DNA from: Deltaproteobacteria bacterium
GTDB lineage: Bacteria; Desulfobacterota; Syntrophorhabdia; Syntrophorhabdales; Syntrophorhabdaceae
Assembly (NCBI GenBank): GCA_003506795.1
Contig: DNYO01000002.1
Span: 1 to 47,424 of the forward strand
Direction: 5' to 3'
DNA length: 47,424 bases
The notes beneath the pieces are model-generated. The model had not been told where the DNA came from, made no database searches, and was given only the letters and a program-made list of their open reading frames with translations. Shown piece by piece: positions 8,751-17,363 of the stretch. The position numbers and the translations under genes were made by a program. Position 1 is the stretch's first letter; every line of letters starts with the position of its first letter.

Positions 8751-10073
8751 TGCTTCCGGCAGCTCGAGGAGAAACCGCCAGGCTGGGATCACATCGATGG
8801 TCCCGCCGCCGGCCTCGATCCGCTCGTCCTCATTCCGGGTCACAATGGTCCCGGTTTTCAAGTCCAGTTCCGCCATCGCCTCGCGCAAGGCCGCTGTTTC
8901 CCGTTTCCGCGCTTGCGGCTCGGCAAGGGATTCACACACCTGGACCAGCATCTGGGGCCGGCCGTGCCGCGGGACGATGAAATCGACCTCCCGGCCCGTT
9001 TTAGTCTTGTAATAGTGGATTTTCGCGTAAAGGCGTCGAAGGGCCGTGAATACGAGGTTCTCGAGGAGATGGCCGGAGTTGACTAAGATTCCGGACGACG
9101 TCGAAACGACCAGGGCGTGATCGATGCAGTAAACTTTTTTTGGATTGGTATTGCTCCGCGCAAGCGACGGGTCGAATATGCGAACGGTGAACAGAAAATA
9201 GGCATCTTCGAACCATTCCAGATAATCTGCCACCGCGAGCTTTGGAGCTTTATGCCCCAATGACTTGAGATAGCCCGTGAGTTTGTTGACGGAGTAGAGC
9301 GAGGCCGTGTTGTCCACCAGCCAGTGGGCCAGGTCGGCCGCCGCTTTGGGGTGTGAAACATCGTGGCGCTCGACTAGATCCCGAAACAGAATGGTGTGAA
9401 AGTATTCCTGGTGGGTCTTGATCCGCAGATTGCGGCCGAGACCGGCAACTGCGGGGAATCCGCCGGTCTCCCAGTATTCCTCGAAGGCTTTCTGCACAAG
9501 GAGCCGCTTCTTCGTCGACAGCGGGCCTTCGCCGGCGACTCCTTTGAAGTCCAAGAATTCCCTGAACGAGAACGGAAACATCTCCCACGAGAGCGCCCGC
9601 CCGCGCATCTGAGTTGCGATCTCCTTCGATAGCATCCCGGCCGATGAACCGGTCAGATACACCTCGCATTTTTCCGTGCGCATCAAGCGGTCGACGAAGG
9701 GCTCCCAACCGGAAGCGGCCTGGATCTCGTCGAAAAAGCAGTAGATCGTCTCGCTATTCTTTTTCTCCGGGTAGATGGAGAAGTAGGCTTCGACGATCAA
9801 GCCGAGATTGTCCCGTCGCAGGTTGTGCAGGCGGTCGTCAAAAAAGTTCAGGAAGAGAATGTTTTGCCGGGAAACCCCGCCGTCCATAAGTCGCTGGACG
9901 ACCTGAAACATGTATGTCGACTTGCCGCTCCGGCGCACCCCGATGCAGACGGCGGCCTTGCCGCGCGCCGTCTCGATACGCAAACGCCGCGGCACCCCAG
10001 TCTCCAGGCGGGCGTCCTGGAAGTCCAAGATGATGGCTTTGATCGTCTCTATCATAGGGTAGCTCCCGGTCAT
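8739..10073 (-). CDS. AAA+ ATPase, AAA_14 + DUF4143 architecture (COG1373-type), paralogous class to 7620-8750
   Basis: 444-aa ORF. Walker A is GVRRSGKST and Walker B-like is CFFDEIQ, followed by a DUF4143-like C-terminal half. The start may instead be ATG 10055 (MIETIK…), which has GGGAG 7 nt upstream. Its 3' end overlaps the convergent ATPase gene by 12 nt (8739-8750). Confidence 0.85.
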   Translation of the reverse strand: MTGSYPMIETIKAIILDFQDARLETGVPRRLRIETARGKAAVCIGVRRSGKSTYMFQVVQRLMDGGVSRQNILFLNFFDDRLHNLRRDNLGLIVEAYFSIYPEKKNSETIYCFFDEIQAASGWEPFVDRLMRTEKCEVYLTGSSAGMLSKEIATQMRGRALSWEMFPFSFREFLDFKGVAGEGPLSTKKRLLVQKAFEEYWETGGFPAVAGLGRNLRIKTHQEYFHTILFRDLVERHDVSHPKAAADLAHWLVDNTASLYSVNKLTGYLKSLGHKAPKLAVADYLEWFEDAYFLFTVRIFDPSLARSNTNPKKVYCIDHALVVSTSSGILVNSGHLLENLVFTALRRLYAKIHYYKTKTGREVDFIVPRHGRPQMLVQVCESLAEPQARKRETAALREAMAELDLKTGTIVTRNEDERIEAGGGTIDVIPAWRFLLELPEASGF

Positions 10074-10260
10074 CGTTATTCCCAGTTAAGGCCATAACTG
10101 GTAATAAATATACCCGGTTAGACATCCACGAGTCAAGGGGATAATCCGGCCCCTGACCCATTCAACATTTCTTATAAAGGGCCATTATCTGTACGTCTCG
10201 TTATATCACGGTCCTTATCCTTCTTTGTTCATGAAACCAGTCGACAACTTTTGTTGGCAG

Positions 10261-10329
10261 AAATGTTGAATGTTGAGACCTGACCCCCAACGGGCTTGCC
10301 GAAAATGTCAAATGTCAAGACCTGACCCC
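10261..10329. repeat. two direct copies of the (7-mer)x2 + AGACCTGACCCC repeat family
   Basis: Copy A is 10261-10291, AAATGTTGAATGTTG-AGACCTGACCCCCAAC. Copy B is 10303-10329, AAATGTCAAATGTCA-AGACCTGACCCC. Copy A bases 10276-10291 are the exact reverse complement of 7192-7207 (GTTGGGGGTCAGGTCT). A partial copy at 10160-10171 (ATTCAACATTTC) is inverted relative to 10260-10271. Confidence 0.8.
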
Positions 10330-10371
10330 TTTCTGAACCCGAGGAGAAAAATGTAAAATAGGCTGCGTCTA

Positions 10372-12219
10372 ATGAACGCCCCTGCGCCCACACCCCCCTC
10401 CGACCGCACTCCCGGCTTCTTCGATTTCGGCCGCACCCTCCGCCTCCGCCGGGCGCTCCAGATCGTCTGGCGCGGATCGCGCGGCTTCACCCTGGCCGGC
10501 ATCGCCCTCTCGGTCATCCAGGGCATTCTCCCCCTGCTCTCCCTCTATCTCCTCAAGATGGTCGTGGATTCGGTCTCCTCGGGCCTGGCCCTCCCCGCCG
10601 CCCAAAAGACCGCCGCCCTCGGCCGCTCCGGCCTTTGGATCGCCCTCCTGGCCGGCGTCTCGCTTCTCAACGTCGTCTTCCACCTCGTCTCCACCTACGT
10701 CCGCGACGCCCAGAGCCAGTCCATCACCGACTACGTCCACAACCTGATCCATGCCAAGTCCGTGGCCGTGGACCTGGCCTACTACGAGGACCCCCGCTAC
10801 TACGACACCCTGCACCGGGCCCAGCAGGAGGCTCCTTACCGGCCGGCCATGATCGTCTCGGACCTGCTCAAGATGACCCAGTCGGCCATCTCGCTCGCCG
10901 CCGTCACGGTGATCCTCGTCTCGGTCCACTGGGCCATCGCCGTGGTCTTGGTCCTGGCCTCGATCCCCGGCTTCGCCATCAAGGTCCGCTACTCCGGCCG
11001 CTGGAACCGCCGCCTCCGCCGCCGCTCCGCCCCCGAGCGGCTGGCCCTCTATCTCCACCAGGTCCTGACCGGCGACCAATACGCCAAGGAAGTCCGCCTC
11101 TTCGAGCTGGGCGAGGACTTCCGCGCCCGCTACGCCGGCATCCGGGCCCAGCTCCGCGAGGAGCAATTGACCTTCAGCCGCCGCCGCTCCCGGGCCGAGC
11201 TGGCCGCCCAGGCCGTCTCCATCCTGGCCGTGATCGGGGCTCTGGCCTTCACCGCCCGCTCGGCCATCCTGGGGGCCATCACCATCGGCTCCCTGGTGAT
11301 GTACTTCCAAGCCTTTCAGCGCAGCCAGGGCTTCATCCAGGATTTCCTTGGCGGGCTGGCCGGCCTCTACGACGACTCGCTCTTTCTGGGCTACTTCGAC
11401 GAGTTCATGGAGCTTCGCCCCGCAATCTCTGACCCGCCCTCGCCCCGCACCGTCCCCGCCGCCCTCTCCCAGGGCATCGCCTTCGAGGATGTCACGTTCC
11501 GCTATCCCGGGGCCGAGCGTCAGGCCCTAAACGGCGTCTCGCTCACCCTTCTTCCCGGCACCGTCACGGCCCTGGTCGGCCACAACGGCTCCGGCAAGAC
11601 CACCCTGGTCAAGCTTCTCTGCCGCCTCTACGATCCCGAATCAGGCCGAGTCCGTCTCGATGGTGCCGACTACAAGGATTACCGCCCCGCCGACCTGCGC
11701 CGCCTCTTCGGGGTCGTCCCGCAGGACGCCTCCCGCTTCTACCTGACGGTGGCGGAAAACATCGGCCTCTCGGCCCTTGGCAGCGCCCCCGACCCCGCCC
11801 GCGTCGAGCGCGCCGCCCGCCAGGCCGGGGCCGAGGCCTTCATCCACCGCCTTCCCCAGGGGTACGACTCCGTCCTGGGCAAGCTCTTCGAGAAAGGCGA
11901 GGACTTGAGCGTGGGGGAGTGGCAGAAGATCGCCCTGGCCCGGGCCTTCTACCGCGACGCCCCCATCATCGTCCTGGACGAGCCGACCTCGGCTATGGAC
12001 GCCGAAGCTGAGGCCGAGGTCTTCGACGCTTTCAAGGAGCTCATCGCCGGCCGCACCGCCCTCCTCATCAGCCATCGCTTCTCAACGGTGCGCGGGGCGG
12101 ACGTCATCCATGTCCTCGATGCGGGGAAGGTCGTGGAGAGCGGCGATCACGCCGCTCTGATGGCCCTGGGCGGCATCTACGCCCGGATGTTCACTTTACA
12201 GGCGGGGCACTACCGCTAG
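10372..12219 (+). CDS. ABC exporter, fused permease/ATP-binding protein (MsbA/ABCB-like)
   Basis: 615 aa. The N-terminal half is a multi-helix hydrophobic domain. Motifs seen: Walker A GHNGSGKTT, signature LSVGEWQKIALARA, Walker B IIVLDEPTSAMD and H-loop LLISHR. Confidence 0.9.
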   Translation: MNAPAPTPPSDRTPGFFDFGRTLRLRRALQIVWRGSRGFTLAGIALSVIQGILPLLSLYLLKMVVDSVSSGLALPAAQKTAALGRSGLWIALLAGVSLLNVVFHLVSTYVRDAQSQSITDYVHNLIHAKSVAVDLAYYEDPRYYDTLHRAQQEAPYRPAMIVSDLLKMTQSAISLAAVTVILVSVHWAIAVVLVLASIPGFAIKVRYSGRWNRRLRRRSAPERLALYLHQVLTGDQYAKEVRLFELGEDFRARYAGIRAQLREEQLTFSRRRSRAELAAQAVSILAVIGALAFTARSAILGAITIGSLVMYFQAFQRSQGFIQDFLGGLAGLYDDSLFLGYFDEFMELRPAISDPPSPRTVPAALSQGIAFEDVTFRYPGAERQALNGVSLTLLPGTVTALVGHNGSGKTTLVKLLCRLYDPESGRVRLDGADYKDYRPADLRRLFGVVPQDASRFYLTVAENIGLSALGSAPDPARVERAARQAGAEAFIHRLPQGYDSVLGKLFEKGEDLSVGEWQKIALARAFYRDAPIIVLDEPTSAMDAEAEAEVFDAFKELIAGRTALLISHRFSTVRGADVIHVLDAGKVVESGDHAALMALGGIYARMFTLQAGHYR

Positions 12220-13327
12220 GCTTGCTCTTCTTCTTCCGACCAAAGAGAATGTGCCCGGCTTTCGCGGCGTCGCCCTTGACATCCTGAAGCGTGTCGAGAA
12301 ACTCCTTCATATCTGGGTCCTCGACGTTCATCCGCTTCAGGAAGTCCTGGACCAGGGCGATCCCGCAAAACAGAAACAGTCCTAAAAATCCTGCTATCAG
12401 CGCGGTCTTTCTGACCTGGGGGCTCACCCTGCTCCTCGGCGGCACCGCTCTCTGGATGACCACGATCGGGTCCTTGGTCTCCTGCTCCTGGATCTTGGCC
12501 AGCTCCAACTGCTTATTGAGAGTGATGTAAATCTCTTCCTGCAGCCGCACGTTCCGCTTCAGCCGATCCTGTTCGATCTGCAGCTCCGGGGTGGCGATCT
12601 TGCGGTTCCTCTTCTCGAACACAGAACTGGCCGTCTCGGCTTGATTCAGGGGGGTCTTGGTCTCCTTAAGCTGGTTTTCGATGAACTCACGATTCGTCTT
12701 GGCCTTGGAGTTCAGCTCGTTCTGGCTAAAAAGGACCAGCTCATCCAGCAGGAGATTGGCAGCCGCCGCCGCGATGACTGGATCCGAATCGGAGAACGAC
12801 AAGCTCATGACCGTCGATGCGGCCCGGCCTGATACGGCTCTTGGGGCGACGACCTTCAACTTCTTGCGGATCGCCTCTAATCCGATCGCCTTTCGCTCGG
12901 CCTCGGTCTCGCCCTTAATCTTGAGAGACTCCATCAGGGTCAGAGGCTTCTCGCCCGCCGGTGCAGGGAGCGGCTTGCTGGACGCGGTATCGAGGAAACC
13001 CCGGCTCTGCAGGATCTGGCTGTAGTATTCGATGAGAAACTGGGCGTCCGCCGCGGGATTAGTCGCTCTACCGACGCCGAAAGACTCGTCGATCTTGGAT
13101 GACATGCCCTGCGCCCGCGACGGCAGGAAGCTCGCCGTTGCCTCGAAAACCGGCGTCTGGAGTTTGGCGTAGACGATAGCCAGGGTGCATAGGCCTAGCG
13201 TCCCCAGGATGATGAGCCACCGCCGCTTCAACAGGACATTGACATAACGGAAGAGGGAGACAGACTCATTCTCTTCCTCAGGCGGCCCATCCCACCCTGG
13301 CTTCTCCATGTTCTGGCCGGGGATCAT
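12191..13327 (-). CDS. polysaccharide co-polymerase / chain-length determinant (Wzz/GumC-like, no kinase domain)
   Basis: Wzz-type N-terminus (LFRYVNVLLKRRWLIILGTLGL…PVFEATASFLPS), a long coiled-coil middle, a GNVR-like VVIQRAVPPRSRVSP and a C-terminal TM helix. The track ORF extends to 13483. ATG 13327 gives an ATGA overlap with the upstream wza-like stop, so I prefer it as the start. Confidence 0.8.
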   Translation of the reverse strand: MIPGQNMEKPGWDGPPEEENESVSLFRYVNVLLKRRWLIILGTLGLCTLAIVYAKLQTPVFEATASFLPSRAQGMSSKIDESFGVGRATNPAADAQFLIEYYSQILQSRGFLDTASSKPLPAPAGEKPLTLMESLKIKGETEAERKAIGLEAIRKKLKVVAPRAVSGRAASTVMSLSFSDSDPVIAAAAANLLLDELVLFSQNELNSKAKTNREFIENQLKETKTPLNQAETASSVFEKRNRKIATPELQIEQDRLKRNVRLQEEIYITLNKQLELAKIQEQETKDPIVVIQRAVPPRSRVSPQVRKTALIAGFLGLFLFCGIALVQDFLKRMNVEDPDMKEFLDTLQDVKGDAAKAGHILFGRKKKSKPSGSAPPVK

Positions 13328-15960
13328 TTCCCGCTCGCCTCGGGCTTGGCCGTGACCACAATAATAGCGCCGGGCGGGATAACGGGATTGAACGAGGTGT
13401 TCTCCTTCTTCTCCATCATCCCCCCATCCGGCATATGGATTACGACCTTGTCCAGGTCGGCGTTCTTGGCATATCCGCCGCAAAGGTTCAGGTAATAACC
13501 CAGCTTGGCCCCCCTGATGTACTGGATGACAGCCGGCTTCAGGACCGCGCCCTTGACCTCGACGATCTCGATCCTCGTCGCTTCTCCCTGGAAAGGCACC
13601 TCGATGGTGCTTCCCGCCGAGATGACGGGACTCGGCCGGAACAGCCCCCCACCAACCTTACGGGTCGTATTGTTGGCCGAATAGAGGATGACATTGGCCG
13701 GATCGGCTGTCTCCATGTATCCGCCGCAGAGCTCGATATAGTCCCGGACCTTCATTCCGGCCTTATGCTGTAGGATGAGGGGCTTGCGGACCGCACCCCT
13801 CACTTCCACGGTTCCTGGATTGCTGGGGATAAAGATCTGGTCGCCGTCTTTCAGGATGAGGTCATATTTGCTGCCCGGGTTCTTGAGGGCCTGGACCAGA
13901 TCCAGAGTGATCTCGTAAGACCGAGGGCCTTCTCCGGGGACCATGGCGACGATATTTCGATTCCTGGTGATGGTCGCCCCTTCGGGCAGGGCTTCGGGTT
14001 TCAGTCCCTCGGCTCTCTGGATCAGGCTCGAGAGCCGCTCCTCCCGGTTTTCAAGGGAGTAGTTGCCCGGGTACTTCACCTCGCCCTGCAGCGACACGAC
14101 CGGCAGCGGCTCCCAGCCCGGCAAATTGCGGACTGCGACCCGGTCGAAGGCTTTGATGGGGGTCTTCTTGTCTTGGGGGATGACGGCATAGCCAAGCTCT
14201 ACAGGCACCCTGATGGTCGATTCGCCCTGCACGGCCGAATCGGCTCCATCTCCAAGCCCCTCCGACCTTGCAACCACAGCTTCCGGCTTATAGGCATCGG
14301 CCCGCAATCCTCCGGCCAGGACGATAAGATCTTCGACGGTCAGGTTCTCCGTGAAATCATACGTGCCCGGTCTGTTGATCAATCCGCCGATCTCGACCTT
14401 GGACTTGACCATCATCTGTTCGTTGGCATAGACGCGGATGAGGTCCTCTTCCGTCAAGGCCATATCGGTCGCCTTGTCGCCGTCGATCAGCTTGCCGAGA
14501 TTGAAGGGGATGAGCTTCTTGCCTACCGGCCCTTGGACCTTGCGGATCACGTGGGCCATGTCCTGGTAAACCGTCCTGCGGTAATCGGCGTCCTGGAACC
14601 CGCCGTGGGCGAACACCACATCGAAGAGGGTCATGTTCTTGGCCAGGACATAGCGCCCCGGTTCTTTAACATGGCCTTCCAGGGAAATATATTTATCCTT
14701 ACCCGTCATCCCGAAGGTCGAATAGATCGAAACCTGATCCATCTCCTTCAGGACGAAATTCTTCTCATCCGTTCCGACGAAAGAGAAAATTCCGGGCTTG
14801 TCTTCCTTGTAGAGCTCCTCCAAGGTGAACGTTGTCAGCTTCTTGGAGAAGTCCGACTCCGTCCTGACTAGATCAGCCCGCTCCAGATAGACATATTCCC
14901 TCAATCCCTCGGCTTTTTCGATGAGATCCTTGAGGGTCATGCCAGGCTTGAATTCATAGTTGCCCGGCCTGGTGATGCCGTCCCCCTGGATGGTGACGAC
15001 GCTCTTCCTGACTTGGATATTGCCGAGAACCGTGATTTCATCCTGATCGACCAGGGGATAGTTCTGTTTGGCATCCCGATAGAGGGCGTCGAGATTTAAA
15101 TCTAGAAATACCTCGCCCCGGTTGGTCTCGAATCTTTTGAGCTGGGAACGCATAAGAAAGGCATCCGAGGTGAATCCCCCGGCGAAAGCCACAAGCTCTT
15201 TGATCCCTTCGCTGCCGATCAGCTCGTAGTTCATCGGCCGGCGGACTTCACCCATAATCGTGGCGGATTTCTTCTTCAGAGGGACAATGACATAATCCCC
15301 AGCCTGAAGGCGGGACTTCTTCACATCCAGCTTGCCGGTGAGAAGAAAGTCATAGATGTCGATTGTATCGATCCGGCCATCGGCCCGCCGGATCTTTATG
15401 TCACGAAGGGATCCCGATTCCTTCACTCCACCGGAATTATGAAGGAGATTGATGATTGTCGCCGTACCCGAGGTTAGAGTGTAGGCGCCTGGATTCTGGA
15501 CTTCACCGACCACATAGAGCAGCAGCTTCCTGATCTTGCCTAATTTGACATCAACGAAGGCGGTGCTTTGAGTTGGGTTTTCGACATTGATATACGATGA
15601 GTGGATGAGCGAAAGCGCTTGAGTTACCCGATCTTTCAGCTCTTTGAGGCTGACTCCATTAGTGGAGATTCTGCCGCCCTCCTCGGGCAACTCCAGGTAT
15701 CCTTCCTCCGAGATAGTCAGGTTGTTGGTGGAGTTCAGGGCACCCCATAAAGTCAGAACAACCTCATCTCCAGGGCTAAGGAGGTATTGCTCGTCAACCG
15801 GGCCTTCAGAGATTGGGCCGGCAGTGGTTTTAAAGATATCGTATCCGAATGATATTGCCTTTGCCGGGGTGGATGTCTGCCCTTCTGCGGTTCCTACAAG
15901 CGCAGTGCAAAAGAACAACGAGAGACAAAGGTAAATAACTGCCTTAATTGGATTTCCCAT
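13324..15960 (-). CDS. polysaccharide export protein, Wza-like (Poly_export domain + multiple SLBB domains)
   Basis: Poly_export motif YLLSPGDEVVLTLWG…EEGYLELPEEGGRISTNGVSLKEL, followed by many repeated beta-grasp (SLBB-like) units. The preferred start is ATG 15960 (MGNPIKAVIYLCLSLFFCTALVGTAEG, signal-like) with AAGGAAG upstream. The track ORF starts at TTG 16023. Confidence 0.85.
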   Translation of the reverse strand: MGNPIKAVIYLCLSLFFCTALVGTAEGQTSTPAKAISFGYDIFKTTAGPISEGPVDEQYLLSPGDEVVLTLWGALNSTNNLTISEEGYLELPEEGGRISTNGVSLKELKDRVTQALSLIHSSYINVENPTQSTAFVDVKLGKIRKLLLYVVGEVQNPGAYTLTSGTATIINLLHNSGGVKESGSLRDIKIRRADGRIDTIDIYDFLLTGKLDVKKSRLQAGDYVIVPLKKKSATIMGEVRRPMNYELIGSEGIKELVAFAGGFTSDAFLMRSQLKRFETNRGEVFLDLNLDALYRDAKQNYPLVDQDEITVLGNIQVRKSVVTIQGDGITRPGNYEFKPGMTLKDLIEKAEGLREYVYLERADLVRTESDFSKKLTTFTLEELYKEDKPGIFSFVGTDEKNFVLKEMDQVSIYSTFGMTGKDKYISLEGHVKEPGRYVLAKNMTLFDVVFAHGGFQDADYRRTVYQDMAHVIRKVQGPVGKKLIPFNLGKLIDGDKATDMALTEEDLIRVYANEQMMVKSKVEIGGLINRPGTYDFTENLTVEDLIVLAGGLRADAYKPEAVVARSEGLGDGADSAVQGESTIRVPVELGYAVIPQDKKTPIKAFDRVAVRNLPGWEPLPVVSLQGEVKYPGNYSLENREERLSSLIQRAEGLKPEALPEGATITRNRNIVAMVPGEGPRSYEITLDLVQALKNPGSKYDLILKDGDQIFIPSNPGTVEVRGAVRKPLILQHKAGMKVRDYIELCGGYMETADPANVILYSANNTTRKVGGGLFRPSPVISAGSTIEVPFQGEATRIEIVEVKGAVLKPAVIQYIRGAKLGYYLNLCGGYAKNADLDKVVIHMPDGGMMEKKENTSFNPVIPPGAIIVVTAKPEASGK

Positions 15961-16065
15961 GAGCACTTCCTTAGGAGTTCCCAAAATCAACGAAATATTA
16001 GTATAGGGATTGTGCCTTGTCAAACTTTGGTTGATTACCCCTTTTTCTCTTTTTCCTTTCCCCCC

Positions 16066-16093
16066 TTGACAACTTTTTGGACAAGTATAGAAT
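16066..16093 (+). promoter_or_regulatory. sigma70-like promoter candidate for the plus-strand sugar operon
   Basis: TTGACA (16066-16071), a 16-nt spacer, then TAGAAT (16088-16093). It lies in the divergent intergenic region between the wza-like gene and the legB-like gene. This is consensus matching only. Confidence 0.3.
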
Positions 16094-16311
16094 TGGGCCT
16101 GCGCTTACCAAGGCGCATAAAGGGTGAAGTGGATGGGTTTTGCTGGGGAAATTCGCGGTGCTGTTCCTTTTCCTTCAGCAGGTTTCCAGATAATCCTTTA
16201 TAGCCGCCGGGCTTTGCCCTAGAATGAGTACCGCTCAGAAGTCGTTATGCGTTAATAAGCTTTTACGAAGAAACTGAGAGTTGAAAGGGAAGAGTCGGAA
16301 AAAGCCCCGAG

Positions 16312-16323
16312 GGCGGTAGCCTG
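16312..16323 (+). promoter_or_regulatory. ops/JUMPStart-like element GGCGGTAGCCTG in the operon leader
   Basis: It matches the enterobacterial ops consensus GGCGGTAGnnTG at all specified positions. It is on the non-template strand for rightward transcription, 66 nt upstream of ATG 16389. A preceding G also matches the JUMPStart context (GGGCGGTAGC). Confidence 0.45.
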
Positions 16324-16388
16324 CCCAGGAATGATAGGAGAAGGATGTATTAGGCTATGAAATAAATTTAGAAGAGGACAATTTGAAA

Positions 16389-17363
16389 ATGGGAAAGATA
16401 TTAATCACCGGGGCTGGAGGCTTCATCGGCTCTCATCTAGCCGAAAGGTGTGTCGAGCTTGGTTATTCGGTTCGCGCTTATGTTCACTATAATTCGAAAA
16501 ACGGTTGGGGCTGGCTCGACAGTTCGTCATCGAAATCGGACATGGAGATTGTAGCAGGGGACATTCGGGACTACGATTCAGTTTTAAAAGCGATCAACGG
16601 TTGCGACACGGTTTTCCACTTGGCTGCTTTAATAGGGATTCCGTATTCCTACACATCCCCATTGGCCTATCTTCGAATAAATATCGAGGGAACCTATAAC
16701 ATTCTCGAGAGCTCCAAGAATTTCCACCTCGAGTCCGTTTTGATTACATCGACAAGCGAAACTTACGGCAGCGCCCAAACCGTTCCCATCAATGAGAGCC
16801 ACCCTAGCGTTGGGCAATCGCCTTACTCGGCTTCGAAGATAGCGGCGGATCAATTGGCCATCAGTTACCATCGATCTTTTGGACTCCCGGTTAAAATTGT
16901 TCGACCTTTTAACACTTTCGGTCCGAGGCAGTCGGCACGAGCCGTCATCCCGACCATTATCACGCAGCTTCTGGACGGCCGACAGGAACTCCAGTTGGGG
17001 AATACCGATCCAACCCGCGATTTAACCTTTGTTCGGGACACCGTCGAAGGATTCATCGAAATCAGTAAGTGTCCAAGCCTATTCGGAGAGGCTACCAATA
17101 TCGGAATGAACGAGGAGACATCGATCGGCGATCTGGCACATTTAATTGCCGAGCTGATGGGGCTCCCGTGCAAAATCACCACGGATGGCGAACGTATTCG
17201 TCCGGTTCGAAGCGAAGTCGATCGTCTGCGGGCTGACAACTCCAAATTGATGGAAAAGACGCCCTGGCGGCCCCGCTACGGCTTGCAGGCGGGGCTGCTG
17301 GAAACGATCTCCTGGTTCCGAGAGCATGGCCGAGACTATAAGACGAATATCTACAATGTCTGA
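16389..17363 (+). CDS. legB: NAD-dependent NDP-sugar 4,6-dehydratase, LegB-like (extended SDR)
   Basis: Rossmann motif ILITGAGGFIGSHL, YNSKNGWGWLD motif as recalled for LegB-type dehydratases, catalytic YSASK. It is the first gene of the NulO operon. TTG 16383 is an alternative start. Confidence 0.7.
   Translation: MGKILITGAGGFIGSHLAERCVELGYSVRAYVHYNSKNGWGWLDSSSSKSDMEIVAGDIRDYDSVLKAINGCDTVFHLAALIGIPYSYTSPLAYLRINIEGTYNILESSKNFHLESVLITSTSETYGSAQTVPINESHPSVGQSPYSASKIAADQLAISYHRSFGLPVKIVRPFNTFGPRQSARAVIPTIITQLLDGRQELQLGNTDPTRDLTFVRDTVEGFIEISKCPSLFGEATNIGMNEETSIGDLAHLIAELMGLPCKITTDGERIRPVRSEVDRLRADNSKLMEKTPWRPRYGLQAGLLETISWFREHGRDYKTNIYNV

Noticed and set aside
10369-11432. 313-aa minus-strand and 265-aa plus-strand ORFs overlapping the ABC transporter gene
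   Set aside because: These are typical stop-poor shadow frames of very GC-rich DNA, with Gly/Arg/Pro-rich low-complexity products. The ABC frame carries all canonical motifs.
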